Counted from the whole stretch's first letter, positions 12,848 through 27,770 are shown. The stretch is DNA of 60,930 nt, filler included, from Catajapyx aquilonaris (GCA_000934665.2; 3 parts of 3 records of this genome joined end to end with filler, not necessarily neighbours in it); one strand, 5' to 3'. A program made the numbers and translations. The notes: a model not told the origin generated them from the sequence alone.

Positions 12848-13486
12848 CAGGGTGAAGGGAAACTCACGCCAAATCGCCAGGTAGACTTGTAGTACTTGTA
12901 AAACTAATATAGGGATGTGCAATTAGTTTCGGGTTCCGTTGCGTAGTTAATGCGTACAGCGCCGTCAAAGTTTCGTGACGTCACATCTGTTCCGCCAGCT
13001 TTTAAGAAGCAAAGTCAGTTCGAGGGTCTCCGGTCCCTTGCCTTGGTCCGCTAACACATCGTCCATGTGCAAAAATGCGATCAAATCCCGTCAGAGTAAG
13101 AATCCAGGTACGACACCCATGCACTTCGTCGTTTTTGCCTCATATTCCACCATCTGGCCCTCTACACTTTAAGGGCGCCATACGCGTTAACTGTGCAATG
13201 GAGCTAAAAACTAATTGACTAAATATGAGGTAAAAAACGACAAAGTGCACTGGTGTCGCACCTGGATTGTTACTCTGACGGGATTTGATCGCCTTTTGCA
13301 CATGGACGATGCGTTAGGGGACCAAAGCTGGTTTATTTGGAGGCCCTCGAGCTGGCACTTGCTTCCTTGAAACTGGTGGAGCGGATGTGACGTCACGAAA
13401 CTCGAAATTAATTGCACATCCCTATATTAGTTTTGCGAGTACTATCAGTCTACCTGGCAATTGGGCACGAGTTTCCCTTCACCCTG
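12848..13486. mobile_element. 639-bp largely palindromic Tc1/mariner-type MITE
   Basis: TA|CAGGGTGAAGGGAAACTC ... GAGTTTCCCTTCACCCTG|TA. The arms are imperfectly complementary over most of the length. Confidence 0.88.
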
Positions 13487-15909
13487 TATACACAAAGTTA
13501 TGATTATGAACTCAGAGTAAATTCACAAGTGCTGCTCTTGGCAGGCAGACAATATGGTCATTAATCATTTCAGATGACAAGGCTAAAGTCATGCAACCAT
13601 CTTAGAGAGATCTGAACTGGCCTCCCAGCCTTTACAGATGGATCAAAATAAGTTTTCATAAGTGCAAATCAATGTACAAATAATAATAAACATACCAAAT
13701 CAAGTAGCTGCAGTAATGGCATTGCCATTGATTGATTTGTTAGAAAATGCATTCAGTGTGCCATACAAAAAAGTTACACTTAGACACTACTCAACTTTCT
13801 TTTTTAACTCATAAAAACAAATACCAGACAATTTGGTTAGAGGTTCATTTATTTGTGCAGTCCATTATAACAGCCACATTTTCTGACATGGCACTTCTCC
13901 TTTTACCTTTCATTTCCTTAACAGCCAAAAACTCTCAATCAATTTCTTGACCACTCCCAAGTTTAAAAGAAAACAATTAATCAATGTACAGATGAACTTA
14001 GCTTCAGCATTCATAGACATCCAGTACTTTATAATTTTTTTATCATTAACTTGCTCAGTTTTAAGCAGTTATTTTTGCTTGGTTTCTTTTAGTGGTTGTC
14101 AAAAGTATTAGCTACTACTATTAAGTTCTGTGGATCCATCCTTTTAATTAATGCTTGCAAAAAGGGTGAGGCTTGCATGCTCCAACAATCCCTACTGTGA
14201 TGCCAGTGATAACTTCCACCACTGACATGGTCTGCCTAGCGGCTCCATGAAGTAGGAGCCAGACTAAAGCAGATAGCCTGCTACCTTTTCAATCTTCTTT
14301 CTCACTCTTTTGATTCTACTCTTCTCCATTTCCTACTTATCCTCTCTTCTTACAGCCTGATAGCCTCAGTTGCTTTGGCTGCTTCCCACTCAAACAAATA
14401 AATGAAGAAACAATAATACCCCTAATAAATCATCCCCCATATTTCTTACCATTCGACCAATGTCTTTGCACCAATAGATGGCCCAAAACATTCACGATAT
14501 TAAAATCCCACTAAAAACCAGCTGTATCATGATGCAGAATGATCCAGTACAAATAAACACTATTAGCTACATATGGCAGCACAGCCATCTATAAACAGCA
14601 ACTTACAAACCAGCATTACCAAGCATGCTGTGACTAAGGCAAATTATACTGCGCCTAACTGGGTACATGTAAAATGATTCTAAACAGAAGATATTTGGCA
14701 ACCAAGACTTTCCTGTGATGTACATGATGTGCTGTTTTCAGAAAATCACTTTCAACTGTGCCACACAAAAAAAACATGGGATAAACTATTGTTTATTTGC
14801 ACCTTAACAACGCGGTTGGGGTTGGGCGGACACGGGGCCTCCTGACTGTTGGCAACGTTGCGTCGCAAACAATCGGGTGCCTTGATACTGCTGCCAGCCA
14901 AATTCGAATGCCTTCACGGTTGCTTGATGAAGTGTCGTTCTTTGGGTTAACGGACTGCAGCAACCATCATGGCTTTCATATTTCCCACCTCCTTCATTAA
15001 TACTGTGGTCCTAGCACTTGTCTGATCAGTTCAGGTGGCAGGGGTAATAAGACGCCCTTTGTTGTGCTCTCCCGGGAACCGATTGTTTTCGACCCGTAGC
15101 CAACATGTTTGGAGCCCACCACGCCTTCCCAACCCCGCCGCGTCGCTAGGTGCGGATAAATGATAGACTTTCCAAAACATATTATCATTTGCACTTTTTT
15201 CTTGCAGAAATTTTTTGTAAATTACAGGCAAGCTTATTACAAAAGTTTTCAAATTTTTGTCCACAAATTCATTGTCAAAATATCCTACACATCCAATGGT
15301 TCAGGACAACTTCTAAGTCCTTGGCTCACTAGTTTGCCTGGTGAGGGTCACTTTTTTCTCCCTGTCACTGAAAAGATGACCTTTCACTTAATAAATCCTC
15401 TTAATATCATAAACATACTAGATTGTAAAATTATGCTTCACATACTCCTTAACATCTAAAACTGACATGATTCTTACAGCCTAATGCATAGAAAATATAT
15501 AAATGTGAATGAGTTGCAAGCACTCACACTTGCATGGTGAATGTGAGAAATGTGTAAGTAAACGTGCAAGAGTGTGGCAATAACCATTAAATTAACTTGC
15601 CCCCATTGTTGCTGTTAATGTTGTTAGCATTATTGTGTTATTATTATGCAAGGGATCCTGATTATATCATATGCCAGTCACCTTATACTCCCCAGCACAA
15701 GGAAGGAACTGACTTTCTGTTTTTTTCCACAATTAAGAAATTAGCTTATGCTGAAGTTCATCTGTACCTTTTAAAGAGTGCACATGTAACAACAATTCGT
15801 GATATCCAACAGACAGGAGGCCAGCCCACTGAATTCATAAGGGCCATGAACCCCTATGGCGGGGCAGGTATGAACAACAAACAAACCTCAAGGCGATCAT
15901 GTCCATCCT

Positions 15910-16581
15910 TCAAAACTTCCTCCTCTTGCGTCCTCCTCCACGTCCTCCACCCTTCCCATCTTTCCCAGATGCATCACCACCCCGATTATCGCGCTCGCGA
16001 TCCCGACTTCTTACTCGCTTCTTCCCGCTGCCTCCACTGGACTGCCCTGGATTGCTTCCAGACCGAAATTCCAACTCCCGCTCGAACCGGCCACGATATC
16101 TCCATGAATCCCAGTCTCTCTCCCTCCCTCCCTCTCTCCCATCTCTCTCATGATAATATCTTTCTGCATCCAACCACTCTTGATATTTGTACCACCACTC
16201 TTCCCACTTGACATAATCCTCAAACGTGACTTCGCGGTCGTAAAAGTAGCCGTGATCACGATAGTAGTTATACCGCACGCGAACATCGTCCCAGTCAGAT
16301 GCAGCAGAGGATGAAGATAGTGGGAGAGAGAGGAGATCCTGCGGTGGCGCAGAGAGGAGGGATTCACCCCGCGCATCCCCTCCTCCACGAGCTCCTCCCA
16401 GGCGTTCTGAGAGGTAGGAGTAACGATCGTAATCAGCGAGTGGGGGCACAGGATTGGAGATTCCCGATATGAACGTGTCTGCCCCAGAGATGGACCCGGG
16501 ACCACCTCCAGGAACCACGCTGGCACCACTGCGTTGAGAAGGACGGTCAGGAAGGCCACCAGAGCCACCCTCATCCTCCAT
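15910..16581 (-). CDS. Uncharacterised 223-aa protein with an aromatic/acidic core and a basic RG/RD-rich tail; single or last coding exon
   Basis: Long ORF in otherwise stop-rich DNA. Splice acceptor ttcttcccag immediately upstream (exon starts at 16587). Structured core VRYNYYRDHGYFYDREVTFEDYVKWEEWWYKYQEWLDAERYY and NLS-like KKRVR and RKRRKF. Confidence 0.75.
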   Translation of the reverse strand: MEDEGGSGGLPDRPSQRSGASVVPGGGPGSISGADTFISGISNPVPPLADYDRYSYLSERLGGARGGGDARGESLLSAPPQDLLSLPLSSSSAASDWDDVRVRYNYYRDHGYFYDREVTFEDYVKWEEWWYKYQEWLDAERYYHERDGREGGRERDWDSWRYRGRFERELEFRSGSNPGQSSGGSGKKRVRSRDRERDNRGGDASGKDGKGGGRGGGRKRRKF

Positions 16582-16997
16582 TATGACCTGGGAAGAAGAA
16601 CAATCAAGTTAACTGTAATCCATTGGGAGGAAAAAAGGGAAGGGAAAATTATGGCATAATAGTGACACATACACCAACTGAGTATTTGTGAGGAATAGTA
16701 TAAGTATCTGATTATATCCCTGGCTCCCACATGTATGGAACCTGCACATCAGGAAACCACTCCCAACTCCTCTCAAAGTTAGATAAGTCTTCTCAATGGT
16801 GAGGTCACATGAGCCAAGATCTGGGCTATCATGATATGTGTACTTTCTTTTAAGTATGCATAAACTTTGTCAAGACTGTAAAATGCAATACAATTAAATA
16901 TGGCACCATTTTCATAATGACAGTCAATGTACAATTACTAGCCAAAAGACTGATGCACAGGACATCAGCAATCACAAGTATATTTTAATGACAATAT

Positions 16998-17344
16998 GGG
17001 GAGGTGTGGTGGCCGAGATGGTAACGTCTCGGCTTGCCGAGTGAAAGGTCCCAGGTTCGATCCCTGCCTGGGAGTTCCCTTTCACCTGCATCGGGAGGGT
17101 CTCTGACCCGCACCTTGGAGGTGTTTGGCAACCTAACCTCCTGGGGAACAGCGCATGACTCAATATCCGACAATGCACCTGCACCTATGTTCCCTCCCCA
17201 AAAATCCCTATCTTTACCCCAAATCAATGTCCTTGATTTCCCTGCACCAGAGTTGAAGAAAAATGGAAAAACAATTAAGAAAATATGGTGGTATCCCACC
17301 TCCCCTAAAAGAGCCAGAGGCTCTATCACGGAGTAGAAAAAAAA
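16998..17344 (+). mobile_element. tRNA-derived SINE, family C
   Basis: GGTGGCCGAGATGG (A box), GGTTCGATCCC (B box), GACAATGCACCTGCAC segment resembling the family A body, and a poly-A end. Confidence 0.72.
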
Positions 17345-17358
17345 GCGCACAAGCCTTA

Positions 17359-17544
17359 GGCTTGGCGCAAACGAGGGGATTCGGGAGGAGAGAAATTGCC
17401 TGGCCCCTGCCTGAGCGTTCAGGTTTCCCCCCAGTTGTACCATTTTAGAAATTTTGGCGTGCTCCTGGCGCATGCGCTGGATGCTTTTTCAAGTGCATTC
17501 ACAGGCAACTTATCGCTCGCGAATCCCCTCGTTTGCACCAGCCC
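17359..17544. mobile_element. PIF/Harbinger-like MITE
   Basis: TTA|GGCTTGGCGCAAACGAGGGGATTCG ... CGAATCCCCTCGTTTGCACCAGCCC|TTA, with a 3-bp TTA TSD. Confidence 0.75.
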
Positions 17545-18290
17545 TTAAGCTTAAGAAGTGCAGAAAATGGCACATTTCATGGTGTCGCTGAAGATCAGTC
17601 AGATTGGGGGTCATAGAACCTGTACTAGCTAGGTCCTCCAGGTTACGACTAAAGACCTAACTCCTCAGTTCTTCACCAATGTTAGCTGTTCTCACAAAAA
17701 ATTAATTTCCAGTGTTTGCTTTGCACGAATTACTTACAGAGGCATCCAGGGAACTACATAATAAATACCCCATAAGAACACTTACAAGTGGTCAGCATCA
17801 CCAAAGGAAAAGATATTGTTTTTGTCATCATCATAACATTAACAACACATACAAGGTATTCCAAGTATGCGAGTCACTTTCAGTTATGGGAAATTTTGCT
17901 ATGGGCAATTCCATGCGTTACGTACAGACCATCGGAAGCTGTATTGAGGTGTTTAGGAGTCCACCGCGGCTAGGTACTTGCCGTAACAGATTAACTGTAT
18001 GAAAATCAGATGCAGCGCAGAAATGTGAAGGTGAGGGACATCATGGAAATTTCATTCGATGGCCATCCACGCGTGTGCCCTCGTAGGCTTATATGTGCAC
18101 GCGTCGGATAGGATTGATCCAAAGATGCATGCATGGTGGGAATTCGCCTTCCAAAAATGGAGAAAGTTCGGAAACCGCCCAAAATTTGCTAATCGTGAAG
18201 TGCCAGAAAGCCGCAAATAAGTATTAATTTATTTCTTGCAAAGTACGACGATTTCAGCAAATTCGTTTTGCATGGTTCTCAGGGTTATTC

Positions 18291-19937
18291 CAGGGGTGGA
18301 TCCACAGGGGGGGGGGGGGGGGGGNGGGGGATAGGGAACATTTCCCCCCACCCAAATCAGCCTAAGACTCTTTATCATTATAAAAATCACCTCAGATTTC
18401 GTTCGAACCGCGATCGCTATCGCGCAGCCTTGTTTCATACAAATCTCACACCATCCTGTAACCAGGGTCATAGAGTGCGTTTACATGGGACTAAAAATCG
18501 GCCTAGCCTATGCTAGGCGAACCCGTTTACTCCCATGTAGCCGCTGGGCCTATGATAGACCGGCCTTATCTGCACCGTTGTCGGGCGCAGCCCAAGCCTT
18601 TTGGATCGGGTGGTCTACCTAAGGCGATGGCCTTGCTTAGGAAGCCTGGGTCAGGCCGATTTTTAGTCCCATGTAAACGTACTCAATGTCTTTGGAGCAG
18701 TCCCAGAAGGAACCACAGCTACTGGCAGCGCGTGTTTATGTTAAGCTCAAACATCAGAACCGCTCATCTATAGCGGGGGGAAAACAGGAATGTGTTCTGG
18801 ACATCATCTGGTCCCTGGTCGTCTCTAAAGGGCCTAAACGTGACTTTTGTGTAATGGCTGGTTTTCATTTCCCACTCTGCAAAGTGGGACGTTTCCCAGC
18901 ATACTTGTCCTTCGTAGGCTTTGTAGGTCACATTTTGAGCCGGGACGGGACGGAATGGGGGATCTGAGTGGCGGGTTAGACTCTGCGGATGGATGGATAT
19001 GTGTATTTTGCTCCCTTCTCCATGCAAAATGAATATGAAGCACCCTAGAAAAATGTGAAATGTTGGTCTGCTAGGGGTAACTTTCAATGGGAAAGGTCAC
19101 AGGCATTTCAGATTTGACCTCATTTTTTTGCTGGTGGCATCTGTGTGGCCTTGGAGTGATTGCACTGATACTGTACGTCTTTGTGGCATAGCTGCCAGGC
19201 ACGGTACGTCGCATTGCCTGGTGATATAAGTTAGTTGCGAGCTTAGCAGGATGATGGGTTACTGTGGGTTGTTATCCAATCAACAATGGTGTCTGCCTTG
19301 TGCAGCTGCAGGCCAACAAAATAATGTAATGTGACTTTGCCAATTAACCAGGAACCAGTGATTGGCACTTGACAAAGCCACAATAACTTGGTTGACCTGC
19401 ACAAGACGGGCAGCATTGTTGGTCGGATAACAACCCACAATATATTAGCGCTCAGCTTGCTACCCTCACAACTGACTAAAGTCATCAGAAATTGTGACGG
19501 ACCGTGCCTGGTAGGGCCAGAACAAAGTACTGTACCACTACCCCAGTACGGGTGCTGTCATCCAAAAGCCCCACGGAAACACCAACTCAATGGTCTCCAT
19601 CAATCACCCCATAATTATCATACCTCTCCGCCCAGGGGCCATGCAGGAGTGCAAATAATATTTGCTGCCCTTCCTTTCAAGAATTTACCAAACAACAAGG
19701 TTATTACTATGATAGCATGTAGCCTACATCGCGGAGTGGAAACGGGGAAAACCAGAAGCAGCCACATCTCATTGGCATTTTCTGAACCGATCCCAGCACG
19801 AAATTCGCATTTCGGCATTTTTGTTATGTCCAAATGCTACGTGGACTTTGAAAACGAGCCAGGGGGGGTGGAGGGGGTGGGGGAACATTCATACAGAATA
19901 GTTCCTCCCCCAACATTCCTCTCTGGATCCGCCCCTG
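18291..19937. mobile_element. Non-autonomous DNA transposon (hAT-like CAGGGG ends) with a nested MITE at 18473-18684
   Basis: CAGGGGTGGATCCA ... TGGATCCGCCCCTG, flanked by direct repeat GTTATTC. Nested TIRs GAGTGCGTTTACATGGGACTAAAAATCGGCCT. Confidence 0.75.
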
Positions 19938-20282
19938 GTTATTCCACATATTTTAGTGTATTTCATAATTAAATCAGCCTAACAGTTGGTTGGCAGTACT
20001 CTAATTTCAAGTTTTTATAGCCTTGTTTTTGGAAATTAATTTCAGGACTTCTAGAGGAGTAAAATGGTTCCAGACACATTCCTAGTGTTTTCCCTGAACG
20101 GGTAAATATAGCTGTTATTATTTGTCAAATATCTTGTACCTATCTTTGGAGTACAAGTAAGCCAAATTGTATGTGGCTCGAACCTATCTGGTAGCGAAGG
20201 GGTTAATTGAAATTGGACAACAAATTTAACAAAAAAAAAAAAAAAAGAAGGGGGGGAGTGGTTATACCCATTTTAGTGTTTA

Positions 20283-20382
20283 NNNNNNNNNNNNNNNNNN
20301 NNNNNNNNNNNNNNNNNNNNNNNNNNTTAATTAATTAANNNNNNNNNNNNNNNNNNNNNNNNNNNNNNNNNNNNNNNNNNNN
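20283..20382. other. Artificial contig linker (N44-TTAATTAATTAA-N44)
   Basis: Exactly 100 bp; the core has stop codons in all six frames; identical to 40579-40678. Confidence 0.97.
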
Positions 20383-20505
20383 GGGGCAGTCTGACCAACA
20401 AGAACGAGTTTTGTGACCAGAAAACCCCTTGCCCACCACTTCACAGTTGGTAACCCTCAACCGGAGCTGAAGACACATTCGCCAAAAAAAAACAATTATT
20501 TTACA

Positions 20506-20693
20506 CTAGCAGCAGAGCCCGTTCTTCGCACGGCCTGTTTCCATGTTAAAATCAACCAGAATTAATGGGGAAAAAATTTATAAATGTACACAAAAAAGTG
20601 CTGTTTTTGGACATTTCCATCAATCAGTAGTGTAGTACGAAAGTGGGTTAGGTAGCCCGGACATACAGACAAACTTTCTGCTTTGCTACAAGA
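20506..20693 (-). mobile_element. Short non-autonomous Helitron-like element
   Basis: Minus strand reads A|TCTTGTAGCAAAGCAGAAAGTTTG ... GTGCGAAGAACGGGCTCTGCTGCTAG|T. Same family as 26366-26629 and a partial copy near 25113-25200. Confidence 0.75.
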
Positions 20694-23016
20694 TTATGCA
20701 ATTATTGGTGAGTGTGGGCCCCTGTATCCAGCCAAATGTGAGCATCGGAAATGAAACCGGATTGTTGCGGAAAGGCAATTATTTGGGCAAAATGCAGCAG
20801 GGGGGTGTCCTAGTAATCAATTAGGCTGTTTTGTTGCGTTTCTGGCCTGACTGAATCGGGTCGACGAGGGGCTGTTTGAATAATGGTATATTATGCCGGG
20901 GTTACCGTTAACTCAGATTGCGATCTATGGAATATTGTTGCCGGAGTCCGAAATATAGATCTGGCTGATTTGTTTGGTGGGGGTTGGTCACACTGGATAA
21001 GAAGAAGAAGAAGAGGAGCACGTGCATTTGATGACTGACAATTTTTTGATTGATAGGATGATTGTAGGCGCGTGCCAAACTATGCTGATCACCAGCTACT
21101 AAACTCGAGAAGTTTTTTTTTTTTTAAAGTTCCCTTCGCGTGATGATGGACCACACAATCCATACCCTAGCAACTCCCTGAAGCAACCAAAATCACCTGA
21201 TGCTGGCCCCCACTCGCAACAATGTTGGCCTCTGTGCGCCGCAAACGGTAATTCAAACCCGCACTTGGGCTAGCGGTTTACACTAAGTAATTATAAGAGG
21301 CTGCTATTTTAAACACAGGATCACGAGTCACCAACGCATTTTTGAACTCTAAAATTGCGTACTTACTAAATGACAGTAATTATTAAAATTGCATTACAAC
21401 AACATGAAAGCAGCACATGTGCAGATTGCTTTTTTTTACTTATACGAGGGCATTGCAATTAAAATAATTTTAAGTACCTGTACACACCGCCCTGAATTAT
21501 TTCTAATTTTTCTCTCTACATTGGGCATTAATAACAACCGTGAAATATTCCGAAGTGGTAAACACTGTACCGTACTCATTACCTTGAGACATGTTTCGAA
21601 TTTTTTAAATCGCTGAACAAGTTTCCGTAAAGTGTCTGATACGCATGCAAAATTCGCCGAAATTTGCGTAACAGTCGCGCTGAATACAGTCTGTTATGAA
21701 CAATGATATGGCAGCACAATAGAGATCACGGCTATGTAATTTACGCACCTTCACATAACAACATTCACTTGGAGATGCGAATATCAGCAAAAAAAAATGC
21801 GAAATCATTCCAAAAACGATCAAAATTTTATACTAAAGTAATAACTCCAGCATAAGTGAAGTAGTTCAAGTACGAGACTTACAAACAAGCGCACATGATC
21901 ATGCACAGTAAGTGTTGTCATAATTTAGGCCTACGATACGCTCGCATATATTTGCACAAACTACAGAACCGGGTTTGCAACACCGCTGCAAATTAATAAG
22001 CCCCCGAATAACTACAATGTACGGTAGCGTAATCACCAAATAATTTGCTCACAATTCGCCAAAGATTATCATTCTAATGCATCAGAGTACAGACCACAGT
22101 TTCACTCAGAAAAAGTGCAATAAAAATGTCTCTATTGTGACATTTATTTTTGCAATTGTCTGCCTTACACGCTGGTAATGTTTTTCGCATTTGTCCAACT
22201 GCTAATTATTGCATTTTGTCCAGTACTATTATTTTTTTCGCTTTATTTGCCACTCGCACACTGTGGCTGTAACAAAGTACTGATTATTGTGCTGCTAATC
22301 ACTATTTATCCCTCACCTGCTAAAATATATTTGCTCGCGAAATTCCGCATCCTACGCACACCTTTTTTTTCTTCTTCTTATTCTCTCTCTCTTGCAATTA
22401 TCTACGACTTTGGTCAGCAGGACAAACGATCGTGTCCAGGTCCAAGTGACGCGTATGAATGGCATTGCCTGTCGTGACTTATTCCGATTTTCCAACCCTT
22501 ATTTTCTCTCTCCCCGGTCCGGTTTTGCACAGGTGGAACAGTCGCAAAAAAAAAATGAAAATAAAAACAGTGTCGTTATGCAAATCTGTAATGTCCCCCA
22601 ACTCGTGACAAACAAACGCCAATTACCTGAGCACCGACTAGGTCTAGGACATGCTTTTGGCTCGAGCGGTTTTTTTGCACGTGCAAAAATACAAACTGCT
22701 ATTTTTGCAAGGTGCCGGAAACAACTCGGCCGGACAAAACAGCCCCAAAAATGTTGTGGAAACATTTTATCGTCGGTGTAAACACGCCATTTTTTTTTTT
22801 AGAACTCGCGAAAAATCCGGTTCCCCAAAAATTTTATTGCACTGTAAATAGGGTAGGGCAAAGTGGCAGTTTCGACGTTTTATTGCGATCTGATGCGAAA
22901 AAACCGCGTGGTTCCAACGACCGTCCCGTGATGGTATTGAGAGCAATGAGAGGGGCCAACTTTCAGACCGGGAGTTGTTGCCGCGCGGAAAAAACGCGTC
23001 TGGTATGGTAATGTCA

Positions 23017-24560
<1,544 letters not shown>

Positions 24561-26365
24561 GTCTAACATGTTGGCCAATACCTGTCGTAAGCGAAATAAA
24601 CTGTGCAATCCTTCGCCTGGACCCTATCCGTTATAGACATTAGGCGGAATATACGTCCCCCATTGCCAACACTGGCACTGCTAAGTTGGCAGTAACTAGC
24701 GGTGGTACGAAAATTCCACCCATTGTTGCGTTAGTTAGTTTTGTGAATTCCAAACGGATTAAATGTCCCTAATCTGTGTGCTTAGTGACAAGCCTTGCTA
24801 CTGCTTCAGTATCGCCCCTAGGGGGAAAGAAGAGCTTGAAGTTCTTAAGGTGGAGCCAGGGGGGGTGGAGGAGTTAATCAGAGCCGAGTCCCCCATGGGA
24901 AATTCCCCCCGTGACTTTCCCCCGCACAAGGTCATGACCTCAAAGTACCTTCATCTCGGACATTCCCTGTCCTCTTCCCTCCAAAAAAAAAAAAAATCAA
25001 CCAATTTATATAAGGAAAAGGTAGCAACAATCAGCGAGCTACAATTCTGCTGATTAATATGGGAGAAACTGAGGCGGATCCAACCTACGACACTTCTATC
25101 GCACATTATCGCATATTATAAATAAGAAAGTTCGTCTGTATGTCCGGGCTACCTATAACACAGATTGTGGGAAAAGTCCGAAACCCGCACTTGTACGCCC
25201 TTAAGAAATAGTTGAAACAAAATTTGCATGATGGAAACACCCACATTGTGTCCAATATATGAAACAGAATTCAGCATCGATGTGGCCATATATTGTTGAA
25301 TCTGGCCCCCATTGTTTTCAACTTAACGCCTTATTGACTAGTCCCCCGAACCATTGCGAATTTTACGAGCCCATAACATTACCCCTCCAAATCGCAAATC
25401 AGACGCGATAAAAAAAAAATTGAGGCTGCATGTTCAAGGTGGAATTTTGTGCAATGTTATAGGAAGAGGTGGGCCGGTACATAATAATTATAACAAGAAG
25501 TGTGCACACACACACACAAAAAAAATTGGTCGAGAAGAATGTTTTTTTTCGTGCAGGCCAGGCTCCTTTTATATGACCTATTGTTCCGCCTACGCATGGT
25601 CTGTCCAGCACAGGAGAGAAAGGTGCAGCTTTACTGTGCCAAAACCCGGTCCACTTATTTTCTGACCGCGGTTCGAAAGTTTGGAACCATCATGGCCAAC
25701 CTTACAATTCGAAATAAATTGAATCCAATAATAATCGAGCGTTACAGCCTCAGATTGCAAAAATTCGTCAAAAATTTGCACAAAAAAATTATTGAACACA
25801 ATATTGTTCATCTAGCAGTGGTACTAAGTAATTGTATAATGTCTTAAAGCAGGCCCATTATACAAGAGCCTCTATTGTGCCTCCAACATCCGGTGATTGC
25901 GCGTTTTTAATGGCCCGTATCAGTAAATTCCTCCCCGATATGACGGATTCATTGTTCGCGAAAATGTGTGTGTGTGTGTGTGTGGCCTACTGCATAATTT
26001 TCGCAACGAAACATGGCCCAGGCATGTGCGCCATCCCCCCCCGAAAAATATTTCTCATTTTTTTGGAAGAGGCCAAATGAACATTCCATCTTCAAAAAAA
26101 AAACAAAAAAAAACATGCAGACTAAACACCAGATAACTTATATACGACAGGAAGGATTACGCACTCAGCCTCCACTTTACATGCGTCATATTTACTCATA
26201 TTTTTGCGAAGAGTCAGCCCCAGATAAGCCTCATACATCAGACGATCATGGGCAGCAGGTGCATGGCTACCAATCTACAAAATATGACTAATTTGTGTGT
26301 ACCAAACATGGGTAATTTATATTCAGAACCGCGCCATGTTGATGACACGATGATCAATCGGCATA

Positions 26366-26629
26366 TCTTACATATTATATACAGCAGAAAGTTTGTTGGA
26401 TGTATGTCACGCCTTTTTAACCAACTTTCGGAGCACTGAGAGTGCTGAAACTTGGCATACAGATGTCTTACATGCCGCTGATTGAGAAGTCCGAAAACCG
26501 CACTTTTTTGAGTCTAAATGCCCATAATTTATGGTTTTTTTTTGTTTAAAAAATTATGCGCTTTGGTGCTGCAATTGTAGCATTTATTTTATTTATCTAT
26601 CACTGTGCGAAGAACGGTTCCGCTGCTAG
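26366..26629 (+). mobile_element. Short non-autonomous Helitron-like element
   Basis: A|TCTTACATATTATATACAGCAGAAAGTTTG ... GTGCGAAGAACGGTTCCGCTGCTAG|T: 5' TC, 3' CTAG, inserted in an AT dinucleotide. Confidence 0.8.
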
Positions 26630-27544
26630 TTTTGGCAATAAAATAATTCCGATTTCATGCATACCCCGACGACATGGCCTGTTTAATTACAACATATAAG
26701 TTGCGCTCATTTTATGCAGTTTTGACAGGTTGGTGACAGCAATTTGGCACCACTGGTAAGTCAATTCCCGGTCGACCTTCTTTTGAGAAGACTTATTAAT
26801 TAACCACAAAAAGAACAAAGCAGGATTTGCAGAGAAGCCGAAGCCGCCAAAGAGCTCATTTGGTGGTATTAAAGGAAATAAGGAACTTCTCTCAGCATAT
26901 AGAGGGGGGAGAGGCAGCTGCCAAGAGATCCTTTTCCCTCCTCTCTATATAGTCCCGCCAATGACAGTCGCCAACATACGTACATTTAGTTCTTTTTACG
27001 AGCATTTTTGCATCCAACAGTCGCGACCGTGAACGCAAACGATGTGATTGCGCCAGCTACTGCGCATTGACCCCGCCCACTTTGGCGCATTGCGCATGCG
27101 CATATGTTAGATTGCGCAGTACGCTGCGCAATGTTGTACATAATGTATTCTCCCTTCATATTTTGAGCGTGTGCGCCTGGCAAACCCCCCAGACAGATGA
27201 TTGTCAGTGAAGGAATTTGTCATCGGGTTGTTTTACCCCCGGTGTCCGAGCAACCGGGCGTTGATTAACACGACTCGGGCCAGCTGGAAACAAAAAAGAG
27301 AGCCGCTCGTCTCATTTCCGATGCAGGCTCGCCAAATATGCCGTGTTGCGTATATGGTTGGGACACCTGGTTTTCAGGCCCTGTGGCCGCGCGTAGGACG
27401 GACTGAGGAGGAATGATGGTTTGGACATGGGAGGAGGGGAATGGGGGGAAGACCCTGCCACCTGTGAATGGAGTCACTGGAATGTCGGCATCCCAGAAAA
27501 GAAACGGACACGTAACAGCACACACACACAAAAAAATAATAAGC

Positions 27545-27770
27545 GGCGTTGTCAGATCCGCTGTCACGAGGTTTGATCCCTGGCCGGGATTTGCACTTCA
27601 TCATCATCAGTATCGTGCTGAGGTCGCTCTCTCGAAAGTCCAGGCTTTTTTTGTGCGTGTACCGCGCGGATATTCCTGCAGGTAGCCCATTTGCAGGTAC
27701 TTGCTAAGCGACGTTTAGCGACCTGCGAATGGCTGCTTTCAGGCCACCGAAATTTCGCACTCCCGCATCG
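27545..27770 (+). mobile_element. Possible degenerate tRNA-derived SINE
   Basis: B-box-like GGTTTGATCCCTGGCCGG followed by non-coding body; A box not clear. Confidence 0.35.

Noticed and set aside
14797..15332. Short ORFs in a CpG-retaining patch
   Set aside because: No recognisable domain or splice-consistent model.
15597..16574. ORFs 15597-16211 (+) and 16011-16574 (-)
   Set aside because: Shadow frames of the 15910-16581 ORF.
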